From NCBI GenBank assembly GCA_021613535.1, contig CP075492.1:5022001-5086000 (forward strand): a stretch of 64,000 nt of DNA, read 5' to 3'. The translations under genes and the position numbers were made by a program. This stretch comes from Adineta vaga. Its lineage: Eukaryota > Animalia > Rotifera. The notes beneath the pieces are model-generated. The model was given only the letters and a program-made list of their open reading frames with translations, was not told the DNA's origin and did no database searches. This document shows, one piece after another, positions 1 through 13,809 of this stretch; the first letter of the stretch is position 1, and each line of letters opens with the position of its first letter.

Positions 1-837
1 AGATGGCTCGTCTATTTACCTGTTTACTCGTCGTCGCAATTCGTCTTATTTCAGAAACTTTTGGTTTGTTTGATTCTTTAGTTTTCTCATATTCATCTTA
101 TATCGATTTTGAGAACATTTTTCTTTACAACTATAAATCGTTTGTTTGAACCAATGATTGAGATCATTTTTTGAAGAAAATACTAAAACAGATTTGAATA
201 CTGTGAAGTAATTCCTAGTGAATAGCTTAAATATGTCATAATCTATTACTGAATAATCAGATCGATTGCAATCTTTGAAGAAGCGAGTCTTGTTGCTTTA
301 GCATGAGACTAATACCAGTCTTGTCATGTGACTAAGATTAAAGCGCTAGTTCTATCTTTACGCATACGTAGCATCTTGTAACTCAGTTTTCGCACCAGTC
401 ATTGTATATCATGCATTGATCCGAGAGAGATTGAATAGTAAATTTACTCATCTTGCTTAAGACAAAACTGATTCCGAAATGTTCAACATCGCGGAACAGG
501 ATGACTGCTCAAAGCAATAGTATACGAAACTTAGCTTAAGAAGAACTCAAGCGTAGTTTTCTAGGAGTACAGATTTTATTACAGTTTAGAAATAATAATT
601 TACTGAAAAGAAATCCGAATAAAAGGTGACTAATGACTTCTTCACTTCTATTACATTTCTTTATACTATCATTGCTTTTAAAAAGTATTTAAAATTTCAG
701 AAAAAAGTATACACCACACACACCTATCTCGCGCTCCTTTAGATGTTTTTCGTCTATCATTCGCAGGGTGAGTGGATGCATAATTATTTTCGTTTTGGTT
801 CAAACCCACTCCCTATCATTACAGATTCTGCTGTATT

Positions 838-3800
838 ATGAAATTGCTGTTGTTCGGGATACTTTCAATGTTTCAACGAAATAATTGCTATTCGAAGTTG
901 ACCCTTCGAAACTAAATCTCTCCTTAGTAAGAATAGTACCAAAGCAATCATGTCTTGTTCTCGTTGCAAGCGTTAACTGTAGTTAAAATTTCACTATTTT
1001 GTGTGAATTATTATAGTAATAGACTTTGGATTCTTTTTATAAATTTCTGTCCGTTTTCCCCTATACTTTGCATCATTTGCAATGTTACGGTTTACATTCT
1101 GTGATCATCACAGTTATAGACATGCTATTTGTTTTTTTTTCAGCTCATGATGAGGAACCTTTGCACTTTTGCGAAGCTGTGACTGATCCTCACATCAAAA
1201 CTTGGCATTCACCAAGTACCTATAGCAGCACCCAACATCATCAAAATTGTTACTTTCCGGGAATGTTTCCAATTGTAAGAAATAATTTTGTTTATTTTCA
1301 AGTGCTAACTAACCAGAAATTTATGTGTGAGGTAAGTATTTTCATACTGACTATTTCATAAATATGCATATCATTGTTGCTTTCAGCTGACCTTAATGTT
1401 TTCTGATGGAACGACAGTAATTCCAATTTGCACGTTGGTGTCACAGAATTTTGAAATTTATGGAGATAGTCACAGATGTGGTGAACATGGTAGGAGAATT
1501 AAATGTGTGGAATAATGCTTATAGTGCTTTTAGGTATCACATGGAATACAACAAGAAGTGGTGCTTTCTATTTTATGACAATATCTTATACAAAAGCACG
1601 CTTCTCCACTACCATCGAACATAACGTAAATATACGGATTTTAGTTTTTCCTTCACCTATATAGGTTGCATAGTACACTTGATCCAAATTCTATCACTCT
1701 AAATAGATTTCATTATACTTATTATATCGTACTCATAGCAATCTAATTCTAAACAAAGTTTAACAAAATATAGAAAGAGAAAAGGTAAATATGCAAGAAT
1801 AAGATTAAATACGTAACAAAAATGAAAACGTTGATAAATATACAATATTCATACTTTCGATCTTTTATACGTTCACCTATATGAACCTCTATTTTTATCT
1901 AGTCATACGCATTGATCGTTTTATATCAATAGAGATGAAAGTAATGTTTCTAATGGAAATTTATTTTGCAGCTAATTTTTAAAAACTTACTGAATTATTC
2001 TGAATTACAAGAGGTCATTTACGAGCACTAAAGTCACAATATTCTTTTACTTTCTCTCTCTCTCTCTCTTCGTGCACATACGGGAAGATAAAACTAATTA
2101 TATTTTGAAAAGTAAAAACATATTGAGGATGTGGGTGAAATTTCACCTAGATGGTTATGTGATAGCTAAGGTTACCAAACTGTCCATTGAACTTCCGTGT
2201 CTATAGGGAAAAGTCGAGAGGGTGTTGGAAACGGAAGGTGATTGAAATTTAATTCAGTTTAGAGCAACTCATTTGATCGATCTTTAGAATATTTATCTAT
2301 TGCTATGCTTTCGTCCTAATCTGGTTACGTTACACGGAAGTAAGGGCGATTCAGAAGTAAGATACTCACCGCCACACAATATTCGTTGAACTATAGTTTT
2401 TTTTATCGTGGAACTATGTGTATTCGCGATAGCTGAAACTTTAACCCGAAGTCTAAGGCTTTTTGAGTGCAAACTGAAGTGAAGATAGCGCTGGAGCGAA
2501 AACTGTTAGGAAAAGGATGGGGTTTGAAGCGGGAACTGTTGGGAAACGGGTGGATTTGGAATACTACATAGTAGAAGTTGTTCTATCTTAGATATGGGTG
2601 GCGAGATATATTGTAGTATAAATGAAAAATTTCAAGAATAACCCTCTGTGCGACCACTGTCGTTTTCTGACATGTGCAGTTTTCAGTCTGCAAGGTTTTT
2701 GACTATCATCGGGTACCTCCGCTAGTCTATATCTATATAATAATTAATTAGCAACCAATATCGAAATTTGTTTCAGTCCTGTATAGTGACTATAATAAAT
2801 CCAAGACATTCAAGACGATAGATTACTGGCGACATAACATGAACCATTCAAGATGCTCAGGTATATCAAAGTATTTCCTAACACTTCTGCGTCTGATTTC
2901 GGAATTTTCATGCGTGGTAGATTAGACTATATCTCTCAAAACCGTTTTACTAGTGTACGATGGACACTAAGTAGAGCTTGCAAAGACACTTGGTGAGTTT
3001 TCATACTTTTCAACATCTAGAAAAATACATCCTAAATTCCGTTGAACGCCTCTAGAGAATTCTCTTTCTGGAAGTCCTGTAAAAAATATGGCTTATACAA
3101 ATATCTTAAATTTCGTTCATTTTATCAGGGTAATTTGAAAAACCCACGTCATTACAATATTTATACATGGTTACCAGCTTCTTTGGCGAGGAACTCAACA
3201 GGTCTTTGTACAAAATTTGATAAAGATTGTCAATTGACGATTCGAACAAGCATATCAGATCTTGAAGACGATAGTATTCAAGATTCAGGACGTACTTTTA
3301 GGCAAAGTCAGGCACAAACCATTTGTCAAACTTATGTGAATGCATACATGAATAAATTACGTCTAGCACCATATCAACGCAGTGTTAGTATGAACAATAG
3401 TATTGCAAGCGTTTTAACTGACTGTGAAGCGGACGTAATTTTTAGTGGAATACCTGAAGTTAGTAATAATAATTAGTGTATTATCTTTAAAGAATTATTT
3501 GTAAATAGGTGGCTCAAAGTAGTGTGAGTGCTCTCATGATGGAACACGTCACGAAGAATGCGGTATCTATCGAATTAATTCAGACTGCAATACAATCAAA
3601 CGGTCAACAAGCTCTTGTGGAGCTAGAAGACGCAATCGAGGACGCTCAAACTGAAGTTGCAGAGATATTTGGTTTCACAACAACTACAAAAGAAGTAGGA
3701 TACTAGAACGCTTGTGAGATATCATCAAGTATATTTCTTTGTTTAGACAACGTCGACAACAACAACAACAACAACAGCAAGTACTACTACAGTTACAACT

Positions 3801-5129
3801 ACTGAGGGTTAGTTACAACAGATTTCAGTAATATAGCCATTTCCTGAAACTCTTAATAATCATATCATTCTTGCTCTAAATTTCCTTCGCGATATATTCC
3901 TAGGTCATTCCTACTAAATAAAAGTTCTCATCAACAATGTGCAAGCTAATGGATTCTCAAAATAATTGGTTCAGTATTTGGATGCCGCCAGAAACTTGAT
4001 ATAAAATCCTCTATTAGCAAACAGTGTACATTTTGTCGTTTTGTTACTGTTGTCATATGATTCTGTGATATTAAAAAATAGATCTATATCACCGATAACT
4101 GCTACTTTTATGAGTGAAATATATATATTCAAAAAAAGTAAAGCATCCGAATAGATCTTTATATTCTTCATACACAGCATCAGACTCCTAACTGTCTTCT
4201 AGTTCGCTTAATTTTCAACAAGACAATCAATAAATCAATATTCTGCTTTTGAATGTGCCGAATTGCTTTTTATTTATAGCGACCACAACGGCACCTGTCC
4301 CTCTTGCTTCATACAAATGTGCTATCTATCAAGATATGTATGTTCAAACATGGCATCCAACAAATCAAGCATCTCCACCTACACGATCGTGTCTTGGAAC
4401 TACAGGAAATTTCGAACTAGTTAGAAACAAATATGTTCGATTTACATTTCGAACAAATGGATCTGTTATTGAAGAAGTAAGTAATTGATTTTCATCGACT
4501 TCCTTTCTAGCACATTTGTATTCTAGTTAACCTTGCGTTTGATTGATGATCAATCATCGAACGTAATATGTACTGTCTCAATTGCTGATCATCAACCTGG
4601 TTGGATGGATTGTGAAAAAAATGGTTAGTGGGAAAACAAACTATTGCTAGAATTAAAAATAATTTTGTTTCGATAGGAATTAATCCATCACTTATAACAA
4701 CTGCAACACATGAAACGTTAACTGTCTACTATGCTGAGGCAAATTTCACAGCAATTGTTACACGTGATGTAAGTATATCTGAACTATTAGAATATGTTTT
4801 ACCTTGTAAATTTTAATCTGTCCTTCATCAAACATGATTTCGGTAAGGCATTAAAATAATTAATGTATCAGGAATGGTCCTTCATACTTTAAGAAATAGA
4901 CTCTCAATAATAAATTATCGTTTTTAAATCTTATTCTCACATCATCTTTCATGACTTGTATTTTTTTCCATGATGATAGATTGGAATCTATATTGGTCGA
5001 TTTAATATCAATGTTTACCTTAATCCTGAATTAGCTGTTCATTCAACTGGTATCTGTCACTTGACTTCATCTTGTACTGGTAGTACAAATGCACAACCAA
5101 AACAACGTTTCCGCAGAAACATCAGTTAA
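838..5129 (+). CDS. Multi-exon secreted protein with two divergent VWD/RGM-like domains separated by a Thr-rich linker
   Basis: Spliced exons give FCEAVTDPHIKTW (VWD C..GDPH..TF-like), NSTGLCTKF and C..DV..SG, a TTTT linker, a second repeat (YKCAIYQDMYVQTW...STGIC) and a stop at 5127-5129. Most exons have GT-AG borders. The start (MKLLLFGILS) and the exons at 2777-2991 are uncertain. Confidence 0.6.
2170..2725 (+). mobile_element. 5'-truncated non-autonomous Helitron in an intron
   Basis: Ends in GGGTACCTCCGCTAG followed by T, nearly identical to the end of the element at 57041-57691 (GGGTATCTCCGCTAG|T). The G-rich body and the CCAAACT...GTCTATAG segment also resemble that element. Confidence 0.65.
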
Positions 5130-5953
5130 TGAAAACATAATCACATTTTTTAATCCAGAAATCGTAAAATTACTTGATTCTTTTTTTTACGTCACTCTAA
5201 AGAATGGTAACTATAAACATTAAACAATAAATATAAGGTATTACTCTATCTAAAGACTTGAATATGACAAAATCCAGATGAATGAGAGTGAAGATGTCTG
5301 ATGTTTCATCGTCATTATGAAGACAATACTTTTTGCTTAAATTAAATGAAATATATAACTCAAACGACAGATATGCGGTTCGTACTCAGTTTCGATTGCA
5401 TGCATCTGTCTTTTGAGGCGCTTATACTTAATTAATCAATTTAACATTAAAATTCTTTTTTATCCAAAGTTCTCTCTTCATTCATCTTAAATTTGCCATT
5501 TTTTCCTCGATACCTTATGTTATCTGTTGCCATTAAGTGAACATAAACAAGTTTACAATTGTACATCGATATTTATTCTATCGTCACACAAAAACACAGT
5601 CTACTTCAGCTATGAACGTATTTTACTTTTTTTTACAGGCCCATTACTATTATAAATCTTACTAAATCAATATCAAAGGAAAATCTCAAGTAGTGTGCAT
5701 TTCTGATTAGTATAAACTCATAAACATGGTTTTGTAAAACGGTTCTGTTTGCTTATTCTTTTTTGTTTCTATCATAATCAGTCGAAGTCATATATCGAGA
5801 TGGAGTAATAAAGACTCGGCGAAAAAGAAAATGCCGTTCTTATCTATCGAGACAGGAAGAAATATATTTATTCAGGATATTATGTTACTTCATGTTTCAT
5901 CGACAATGATTAGTAACGTAGCATACGAACAGCTTTTGTCATTTGTCTACATC

Positions 5954-7783
5954 ATGTTTCATAGAAAGCTTTGTTTTTTTCTTTTTATCAAATATTTTGT
6001 TTCAATCAAAGCATTGGAAACCTCTTCACAAATCATTCCCATTATACCTAACAATGACATATACAAATGTGTCTCCTATACAACTGCTCATGTTGATGTT
6101 TCACATTGGATCAATCAAGATTTCTCCATCTACAAAGATTGTCAAACATCTGGTCTCTACACTCTCAACAGAATTGATCGACAATTCAAAATTGAAATCG
6201 ATGTACAACGATCATGGATTGTTGAAGTATATCTTCATTTGATATTCTCATATTCACTTACTCTCTCATTTATTCTAGACATCAGCAATCATTTTCAATG
6301 GCACAATCAAACCAATCTGTGGTCTCAATTCTCATAATTTTGCACTTCGTCCAACACAAAGTTGTGCAGATAACGGTAAATCTAAGAATATTTTCAACAA
6401 ATATCTAAAGTTAATATTTATTCACAGGAATCAATGTGACAATCACAGAAACAGATCGATTCGAAACAGTATGTCTATATCATGAAATGGGCAATCTCAC
6501 GATCATTACTACACATAGTGTAAAGTCTCACTCTATCAATCATATTGTTGTTTGAATGTCCATTATTGTTTGTGGATATTTTAGAAAAATGGTGAGCCTC
6601 TTCATTTTAACATCAACATTTGGCAAGCACAAGCAGATGCTGATAGTTCATATGGTCTCTGTACAGGTCTCACCTGTAGTTCAAATTTTCATCGAAATAC
6701 TCTTACAGATGATCTTCGATCCAGTAGTTATCCTGATAATGTTGTGGAACTGATTTGTGATATTTATATTGATAATTATCTGAATACAACTGGACGTGAA
6801 CCGTGGCAACGATCACTTCATTATAATCGAACGATTCAAAATGCTCGACAAGCATGCATTGCTGATGTACAACGAGAAGATTGGCCACATGTAAGATTCT
6901 TTTCGAAAATATGACTATGATTTTGTATGAGATATTTTTGAATGTGTATAAACTTTTGTAGACAGCAGCTGGAAGTGTAGAAGTGTTGTTTGTCGAAGAA
7001 CAAGTGAATTCTGATGAGATAAAAGAAATGGGTGATATTCAAAGAAATTTTCATACTAATTTGGAAGATAAACTTGTGAAGCTTGCAGAAACGATTGATA
7101 AATCAAGAATAGATGTGAATGATATGTTGGCTAAAATAACGACAACGACAACGACAACTCAGGTATGGTTTTTCTATTTTTCATCATCGCTTCAACATGA
7201 TTCTAGGTTTCTTTATTTACATATCATTTCATCTTACTATTCTGAAAAGAAATCATTAGCATGAAATCTGACAGTTAAAATGCTTGTCTCTCTAAAACGA
7301 TAGTCTACATCTAATTAGTGAGAGACAATTGATTGAATTCATTTCATAGAGTACATCAACAGTAACAATATCAGTTACGATGTCACCTACGACTACGACA
7401 TCAGTTAGACGTCATCATTATCATCGAGTACGACATCAGCCACAACTAGATCGAGTTCGACATTGTCATCAACAATAACAGCAGAATCGGTAAATTTATC
7501 GCTCAGCTCATAAATAAAAGAATGATTATCACACTAACAAAAAAAACTAATAGATTTACTTTTTTTAAACTAAAATTCTCAGTGAAAATGCGTGCAAATT
7601 TATGTTAAATACATATTATTTTTCTCTAGACTACTACGGCAACAACAACATCCAGCTGTACAGCTCAGAATTGTAAGTTTGCCGTTTATATAAATATAAA
7701 TATAAATTAATCATTTAGTGAGCATGTATTCATTAATGGGGCTATTATCATTTTTCTTAATCGTATTACAAAAAGAATTCTGA
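5954..7783 (+). CDS. Paralogous VWD/RGM-like surface protein with Ser/Thr stalk and hydrophobic (GPI-like) C-terminus
   Basis: Signal peptide MFHRKLCFFLFIKYFVSIKA; YKCVSY..., SSYGLCTG and ARQACIADV motifs; exon layout parallel to the upstream gene; S/T-rich exons; ends LMGLLSFFLIVLQKEF*. One apparent 1-bp frameshift near 7408. Confidence 0.6.
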
Positions 7784-7980
7784 TACTTTACGTTGTTATA
7801 TTTATTTTTCATATTATTCAAGATTGAAAATAAAATTGTTAATTCGTGAACAATATTCAGAGAATGTAACATTGACTATTTTCTTGAAATATTGCAGCTA
7901 ACAAAGGAAAACAAGAAATATATGAAATAATACAACAGAGAGACAACATACAATCTAATAGTTCAATAATCATATCGATT

Positions 7981-8967
7981 TTAGTTGTCAGTTGTTATTA
8001 GTTTGTTCATTTGAATAGTAATAGGTTTATTAAAAGAAGTATTGAATGGTTCAACACGATTTCGATGAAAATATTTGATAAATACTCGCATCATAAGTTT
8101 TCTCATTTCAGTTGACATATATAAATAAATATAGAATGTTGAAACAAAAATAACATGATAAATTAAACGTGTAATTTGTGCAATTAAATGTTCAATAGCT
8201 TTTCGTAATGGATCTTTAGGTATTTGATTGGTTATATCATCATAAACAGAATTAATACCAAATGGTACTCCAAAGATTGCTAGAATAATTAATTGAGGAA
8301 TAAGCATACGACGAATTTGTTTTGTTAAACGATCATGACGATAAGCAAATGCAGTTGAACGAAGATTTCGAATGGTACCAAGTGTAAAGCCTGTTATTAA
8401 AACAATTGGACCCATAATAAAAACGATAGGTGTTAAAACAAAAGCATGTATTATTCTCAATGGACCATTCAATATTATACAATTACCATCAATACTACGA
8501 CTAATGAAAATCAATGGTGAATAAACAATTGCCCAGAAGATTACTGTACCAAAAATAGCCAATCGAGCAAATTGTATTGAACTATAAAAATAACGAAAAG
8601 ATGCTTGACGATGTGTACTTGCATATTGATCGAATGCTGCCCAACATGGATAGGAAATAGCTGCAACTGTAGTTACATAAAAAAGATAATTACGTTCTCG
8701 ACAAGCCATTTCATTGGTATTGAAAAGTCCAAGATCAAAACCATCAACAAGAATACTTTGAAAATAAATCGATGGTAAATGTATTGCTGTCATAATCGCG
8801 CCTGCGAGAAGATAGATGATTGTTGGATTACGATGAAATGATCGTTGTTCCATGAAGAGAATAATAGTTAGAATAGCCCCAATAATACCGAAACTAATCA
8901 TTGGAATGGCAAGAACATAATTAAGCCAACGTGAAACATCATTGATTATTTCTACAGTTGATGACAT
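7981..8967 (-). CDS. Intronless rhodopsin-like 7TM GPCR (orphan)
   Basis: 328 aa with seven hydrophobic segments, Cys at the start of TM3, AAFDQY (DRY-like) and TM7 FYIY..S.EMR. Confidence 0.85.
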   Translation of the reverse strand: MSSTVEIINDVSRWLNYVLAIPMISFGIIGAILTIILFMEQRSFHRNPTIIYLLAGAIMTAIHLPSIYFQSILVDGFDLGLFNTNEMACRERNYLFYVTTVAAISYPCWAAFDQYASTHRQASFRYFYSSIQFARLAIFGTVIFWAIVYSPLIFISRSIDGNCIILNGPLRIIHAFVLTPIVFIMGPIVLITGFTLGTIRNLRSTAFAYRHDRLTKQIRRMLIPQLIILAIFGVPFGINSVYDDITNQIPKDPLRKAIEHLIAQITRLIYHVIFVSTFYIYLYMSTEMRKLMMRVFIKYFHRNRVEPFNTSFNKPITIQMNKLITTDN

Positions 8968-9411
8968 GATGATTTGAATAATAATTCAACTAACACTTTC
9001 TATAAGACATTCTCTGTCTCTCTCTCTCTACTTATATATAGATAACTTGCCAGAGTCGTTAGCATGATTTGAGTGAGTATACTAATAATCTAGGATAAAA
9101 GGAAATAAAATCGATAACATATAATTAGTATATGATTAGGAAAACAAAAATAACACGTGAGACTTCTCTAATGATAAATATAGGTAATTATCTCAGAAAG
9201 AGAATCTATTTCGTACTTTTGTTATTCTGGAGGACATAGAGTTTGATGGAGTACAGCATCATAAGCCACATTAAACTTTATGTCTGTACTTGATTGATAT
9301 TTTAATGTTTAAAACAATGTATATAAATAAAAGAGTAAAAATTACAAATCATGACAAAAAGAAAATACATATAGAAAGCTTGAAACTGGTCGTGTGTATT
9401 CTTTTTTCTTT

Positions 9412-11871
9412 TCAAAAGTTAGTTGCTTCTCTCCGTTCTTTTGCCATTAGATCCAATATGGCCATTTCATAGGATGGAGGAGGTGGTTCCTCAACATTTG
9501 GAATACCATCTCTGTACATTGGTATTGGTGAAGTTATTTCTCTTGCATTTCTGGCAGCGTAACCTGGACGAGAAGCTTGTTGTTGATTGTTCTGAGAACG
9601 TATTCGAGAAGTAGTAGCTGTTGAAGCAGTCGAAGCTCTTTTTTTTTTATGTCGATATGTCACGTAAGCAGCGATAATTATGACGAGTGCCAAACAACCA
9701 ATTGTGATACCAACAGCTGTTCCAGTGTCTTTATTACCATGTCCACAGGTTCCATACAGAGCACATGAGTTGTAATCTATATGAAAACGGATATACATAT
9801 ATATATAGATAGATAGATAGATCACTAAAAACTATCCAATCTAATAGGATAGAAAAAATTTTCTTACATTCTGTCGTTGTTATTTGTATCGGTCTGCTAG
9901 TTGAAGCTGTGTATGAAGTCCATCCAATCGAACCAGGACCAAAAGCATTGATTCTAAAAGTTCCTGTTTCCATACTGCGATATGTAGTGACAAGTAAATA
10001 ATATGTACTTCCATATTGCAGATCAACAACAATTCGAAACTGTTGATTACCATTACCATCATCATCTTCTTTTATTAAATTTGTCGATGGATACGATGGA
10101 TCGATATTGTTATAGTAAAACATACCATACGTATCTATAGAACTAGCACTTTCAAAACGGTATCTACCAGTGGTATAAACTGATATACGAATAACTTGAT
10201 AATAACGGTATCCAGACGTTAAAGAAGGTGGAATAAATACTGGACTAATCGATGATAAACTACCGTAGTAAGTCGGAGAAATAGTAGAAGCTAAACGAAT
10301 CAAATATGTACATTAATATTCGTTTAAATAATCGAATTTTTAAAAAACAATTACTTACATAATGTAGCTACAGTGGTGCTATCATACGAAAACATATTAA
10401 TTGACGATGGCCCTGATGTTAAAATCGAGAAACTTCCTGTTACTTGAGCGCTGTATGTTGTAAAAACCAAAACATATGTACGACTGTATTCAAGATTTGC
10501 AATGATTCGAAACTGATCATTGCCATTGCTGTCGTCATCTTGTTGGATCAAATTCGAACTTGGATACAATGGATTGAAAGGAAAAGAATATAAAAGACCA
10601 TAGGTATCCCAAGAACTGCTACTTGCAAAACTATATATGCCAGTTCTAGCAGGTTGAAATTGGACAGCCTGGTAATAGTATCGTTCCGTTTTGCCAGGAC
10701 GACTAAATGCTAAACTGTAGACTGAGAGACTACCACTGTACAATGATGTGGCCAACGAAGTTGTACCTAATAAGATAAAACAAAAATTATATTGTCTGTC
10801 CGTCAGTTATATATTGAATTCACTTACTAGTTCGTGGTCGGGTTGTTGATGTTGTATCTGAAGTTCTACTCATCATTTCTGAAGATTCTGCACTAACCAA
10901 TACATTTCCCGAATATCTTGCATCATATGTTGTAACAACCAAAATATATGTTTGTCCATATTGAAGATTCACATTCATTCGAAACTGGTAATCACCACCA
11001 CTATCATCATCGCATGCCATTAAATTCTGCGATGGAACCCCTGGTTTGAATGAACCAGAATATAAACAACCGAACGTATCTATTGAGCTTATGCTAGTAA
11101 ATGTATACACATTCATTGAGTAAATTGTCATTTCAAAAGCTGCGTAATAATAGTCATCTGTAGTTAAAGATTGGGGTCTAACAAAAGATGGACTTCCCGC
11201 TGATAGGTTAATCTCATATGTCGATGGAAAGTAAAGTATAGTTGTCACTAAATAAGGCAAATATAGGATACTAAAAAAGCATTTAACTCTAAAAGTATCT
11301 TTGCTCACTTGTTGTTCTTCCAACAAGATTTCTTGCTAATACTTTTTTCGCTTCAAAATGTACTTTATTTGGTCCAATTGACATGATAGAAAATTGATCA
11401 ACGATCTGGGAATAATTAGTCATTACAACTAGAATATATTTATGATCAGCTTCAAGTTCGATATTTATTATAAATTGATTGTTATCATGCATTGGAATAT
11501 AATCTACGAGCTTATTCAGAGAAGAATTTTCTGGATGAAATTCATCATAATAAATACGACCATCAGTATTGATAGAACTTTTACTCATAAATGTATAAGC
11601 ACCCGCTAAAGGTACGGTTATTTGAATAGGTTCATAATAATATTGTTTTGTCACTCGATTTTCATCCAGAGAAAGTACTGGACTTTCAAGTGTCCAAGCA
11701 CTTGAATAAGTAATTTTTTCTGTTAGTAATGATGGAACTGCCGCAGAATCTACAATATAATATATACAGATAAGATTGTTCTATTGATTTTTTGATATCT
11801 TTACTTTGAATTAATCCAAAAATGAGTGCTAATATAAAAATACTGATCAAAGATGATTGTTCTATCTTCAT
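9412..11871 (-). CDS. Type I membrane protein with four PPC-like (bacterial pre-peptidase C-terminal-like) repeats, TM helix and PPxY tail
   Basis: Signal MKIEQSSLISIFILALIFGLIQ. Four ~420-bp exons each carry YYY..I..Y.F.S.S.IDTYG.LY...DDD..GN.QFRI...L.Y..TY.LV.TTY. TM segment AVGITIGCLALVIIIAAYV is followed by RHKKKR, and the tail has PPPPSY. Confidence 0.75.
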
Positions 11872-12221
11872 TGTGGAGAAATATTTTTTCTTATTCATTT
11901 GAATGTTGTTTGTTCGATATAAAACACCTCTGATACACGATAATATACTGAAATTCTTATGTTTTTGCATGATCGCCGAAAGTTGTTCTCCACTTATTTA
12001 GGTAGAAAAAAAAACCCTGATATATAAATGGTTGTTGCTCTTTTATCTTTGCGTTTTTTTTTCTCTGGGTTATGTTGATTCTATGATGCTCTATTATTAT
12101 TCATATTTATCAATTATGCAAATACGACAACGAAGGAAACTATTTGAAATAAAGAAAAGACGCGTTTATAATTTAATAAAAGTTTGATATAGAAAATGTT
12201 GTTGATAAAACAAGATTAGAA

Positions 12222-13021
12222 TCAATTCATTTCTGAATGAAATCGTGCTCGATCTTGATATGCAATTCCATAATGTCCTGTTTTTGGTGGCCAATGTAAA
12301 TTCGAACCTAAAACATAATATTCACTTTTACTTCGAATAGAATATTCTCGAACAAATGAATCAATTGATCCTTCGGGATTTGGACGATATAATGATATAT
12401 CAAACCAAAGATTTCTTGCACGTTTTGTTGTTAAACCCATTGCATGTGCACACCATCCAAATGCTTTACTACTTAGAATTGTGCGATTTGAAATGTTTGT
12501 AATAAATCGATGAGTTTTATTAGAAAATTTTGGACCACAAATTCCCAAATAAAATAATCCATCTTTCAAATGAATTTCAGGATGTTTCATCATATCTTCT
12601 AATGGATGAATATAATTTCTTAATGAAAAATTTGATGGATTAACAAAATTCACATCATCTTCGAATATAAACGACCATTGTAATTCATTATTTTTCGAAT
12701 ATTTTGGAATTTCATGTGTCCAAACATTGACGAATGATAATAAATTTGATGAGAATTTTTTCGCTATTCGAGATGATGAGAGATGTATACGAGAATCATT
12801 CAATGGAATGGATTGAAAACAATAAATATGAAAATAATTCGGAAAGACTCGTTCAATATTTGTTTTAGTTATATTAAAACGTAATGACGCACAATTATAA
12901 GTAATAATAAATGCATTAAGACGTTGCTTATATTGAAGAAATCAATTTGACAATAATATATACCCATTGGTAAACACAAAAGAAGGAAAAATATGAAATA
13001 TGTTTTCAATTTTACAAACAT
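12222..13021 (-). CDS. Glycosyltransferase family 25-like type II membrane protein
   Basis: FIFEDDV, FYLG and WCAHAMGLT...A..L motifs. N-terminal anchor MFVKLKTYFIFFLLLCLP is joined by one frameshift near 12940. Intronless. Confidence 0.6.
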
Positions 13022-13809
13022 TTATTTGACACCTGATTCTGTAACTTATAGTATGAGAGATCGATCATCGTTCTCAATATAAAAAGAACAAGGAAGAAGT
13101 CTGTTTTTCAATAAAAACAAAGTATATTTGTTTTCAAATATTTCTATTAAATATATGTTTTATTTAACGTTCAATTGATAATGTATTTGTATGCACGGAA
13201 ATGTTTATACTAGGTCAAATATAACATTTTACGTTTGTTTCATGTTTAAATGTGATACTCTTCTAGTTTTATAGGATGATATTTGTATACTATCATAACA
13301 GATTGAAATAATTATGTGAAAAGAAGTTTTCTCTTGACAGATGTCACTTTCATCCCGAAGCAGAGGCACACGAACTAATCTTATGTGATGTCGGAATATT
13401 CATACACAACTATCACGAATTATTTTGATATCGTTGTATGAATTTGAAATAATAAAGGAAGAAAATCACAAAACGGATGCTGTTTTCTTCAAGTACACGA
13501 TTTAGTTCACTGCATGATATTTTCCATTATTTCAAAGAGAACTTATGTGCTTATTTGCTTTTATTCGCTTGAAATAATATTTTTATAGTTATACGAAGAA
13601 AAATAAATTTCTCTTTTCTCTCTCTCTCTCTCTCTTGCTTGCGATGACAACTTGTCGTAGTTTCTAAAGAAAAAGAAACATAACGAATAGAGTGTATACA
13701 GAATCAAACTTTCATCTGTCACACTGTGATCAACAACAGGTTAGAGGATTGAAATATTCTTTCGACAATAATAAAAATCTTTCGTTTAGATTTCTTTTAT
13801 TTATTCCTA

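Noticed and set aside
1636-2102. Possible MITE with TTAGTTTT..CTTC inverted ends
   Set aside because: The match is weak for such AT-rich DNA.
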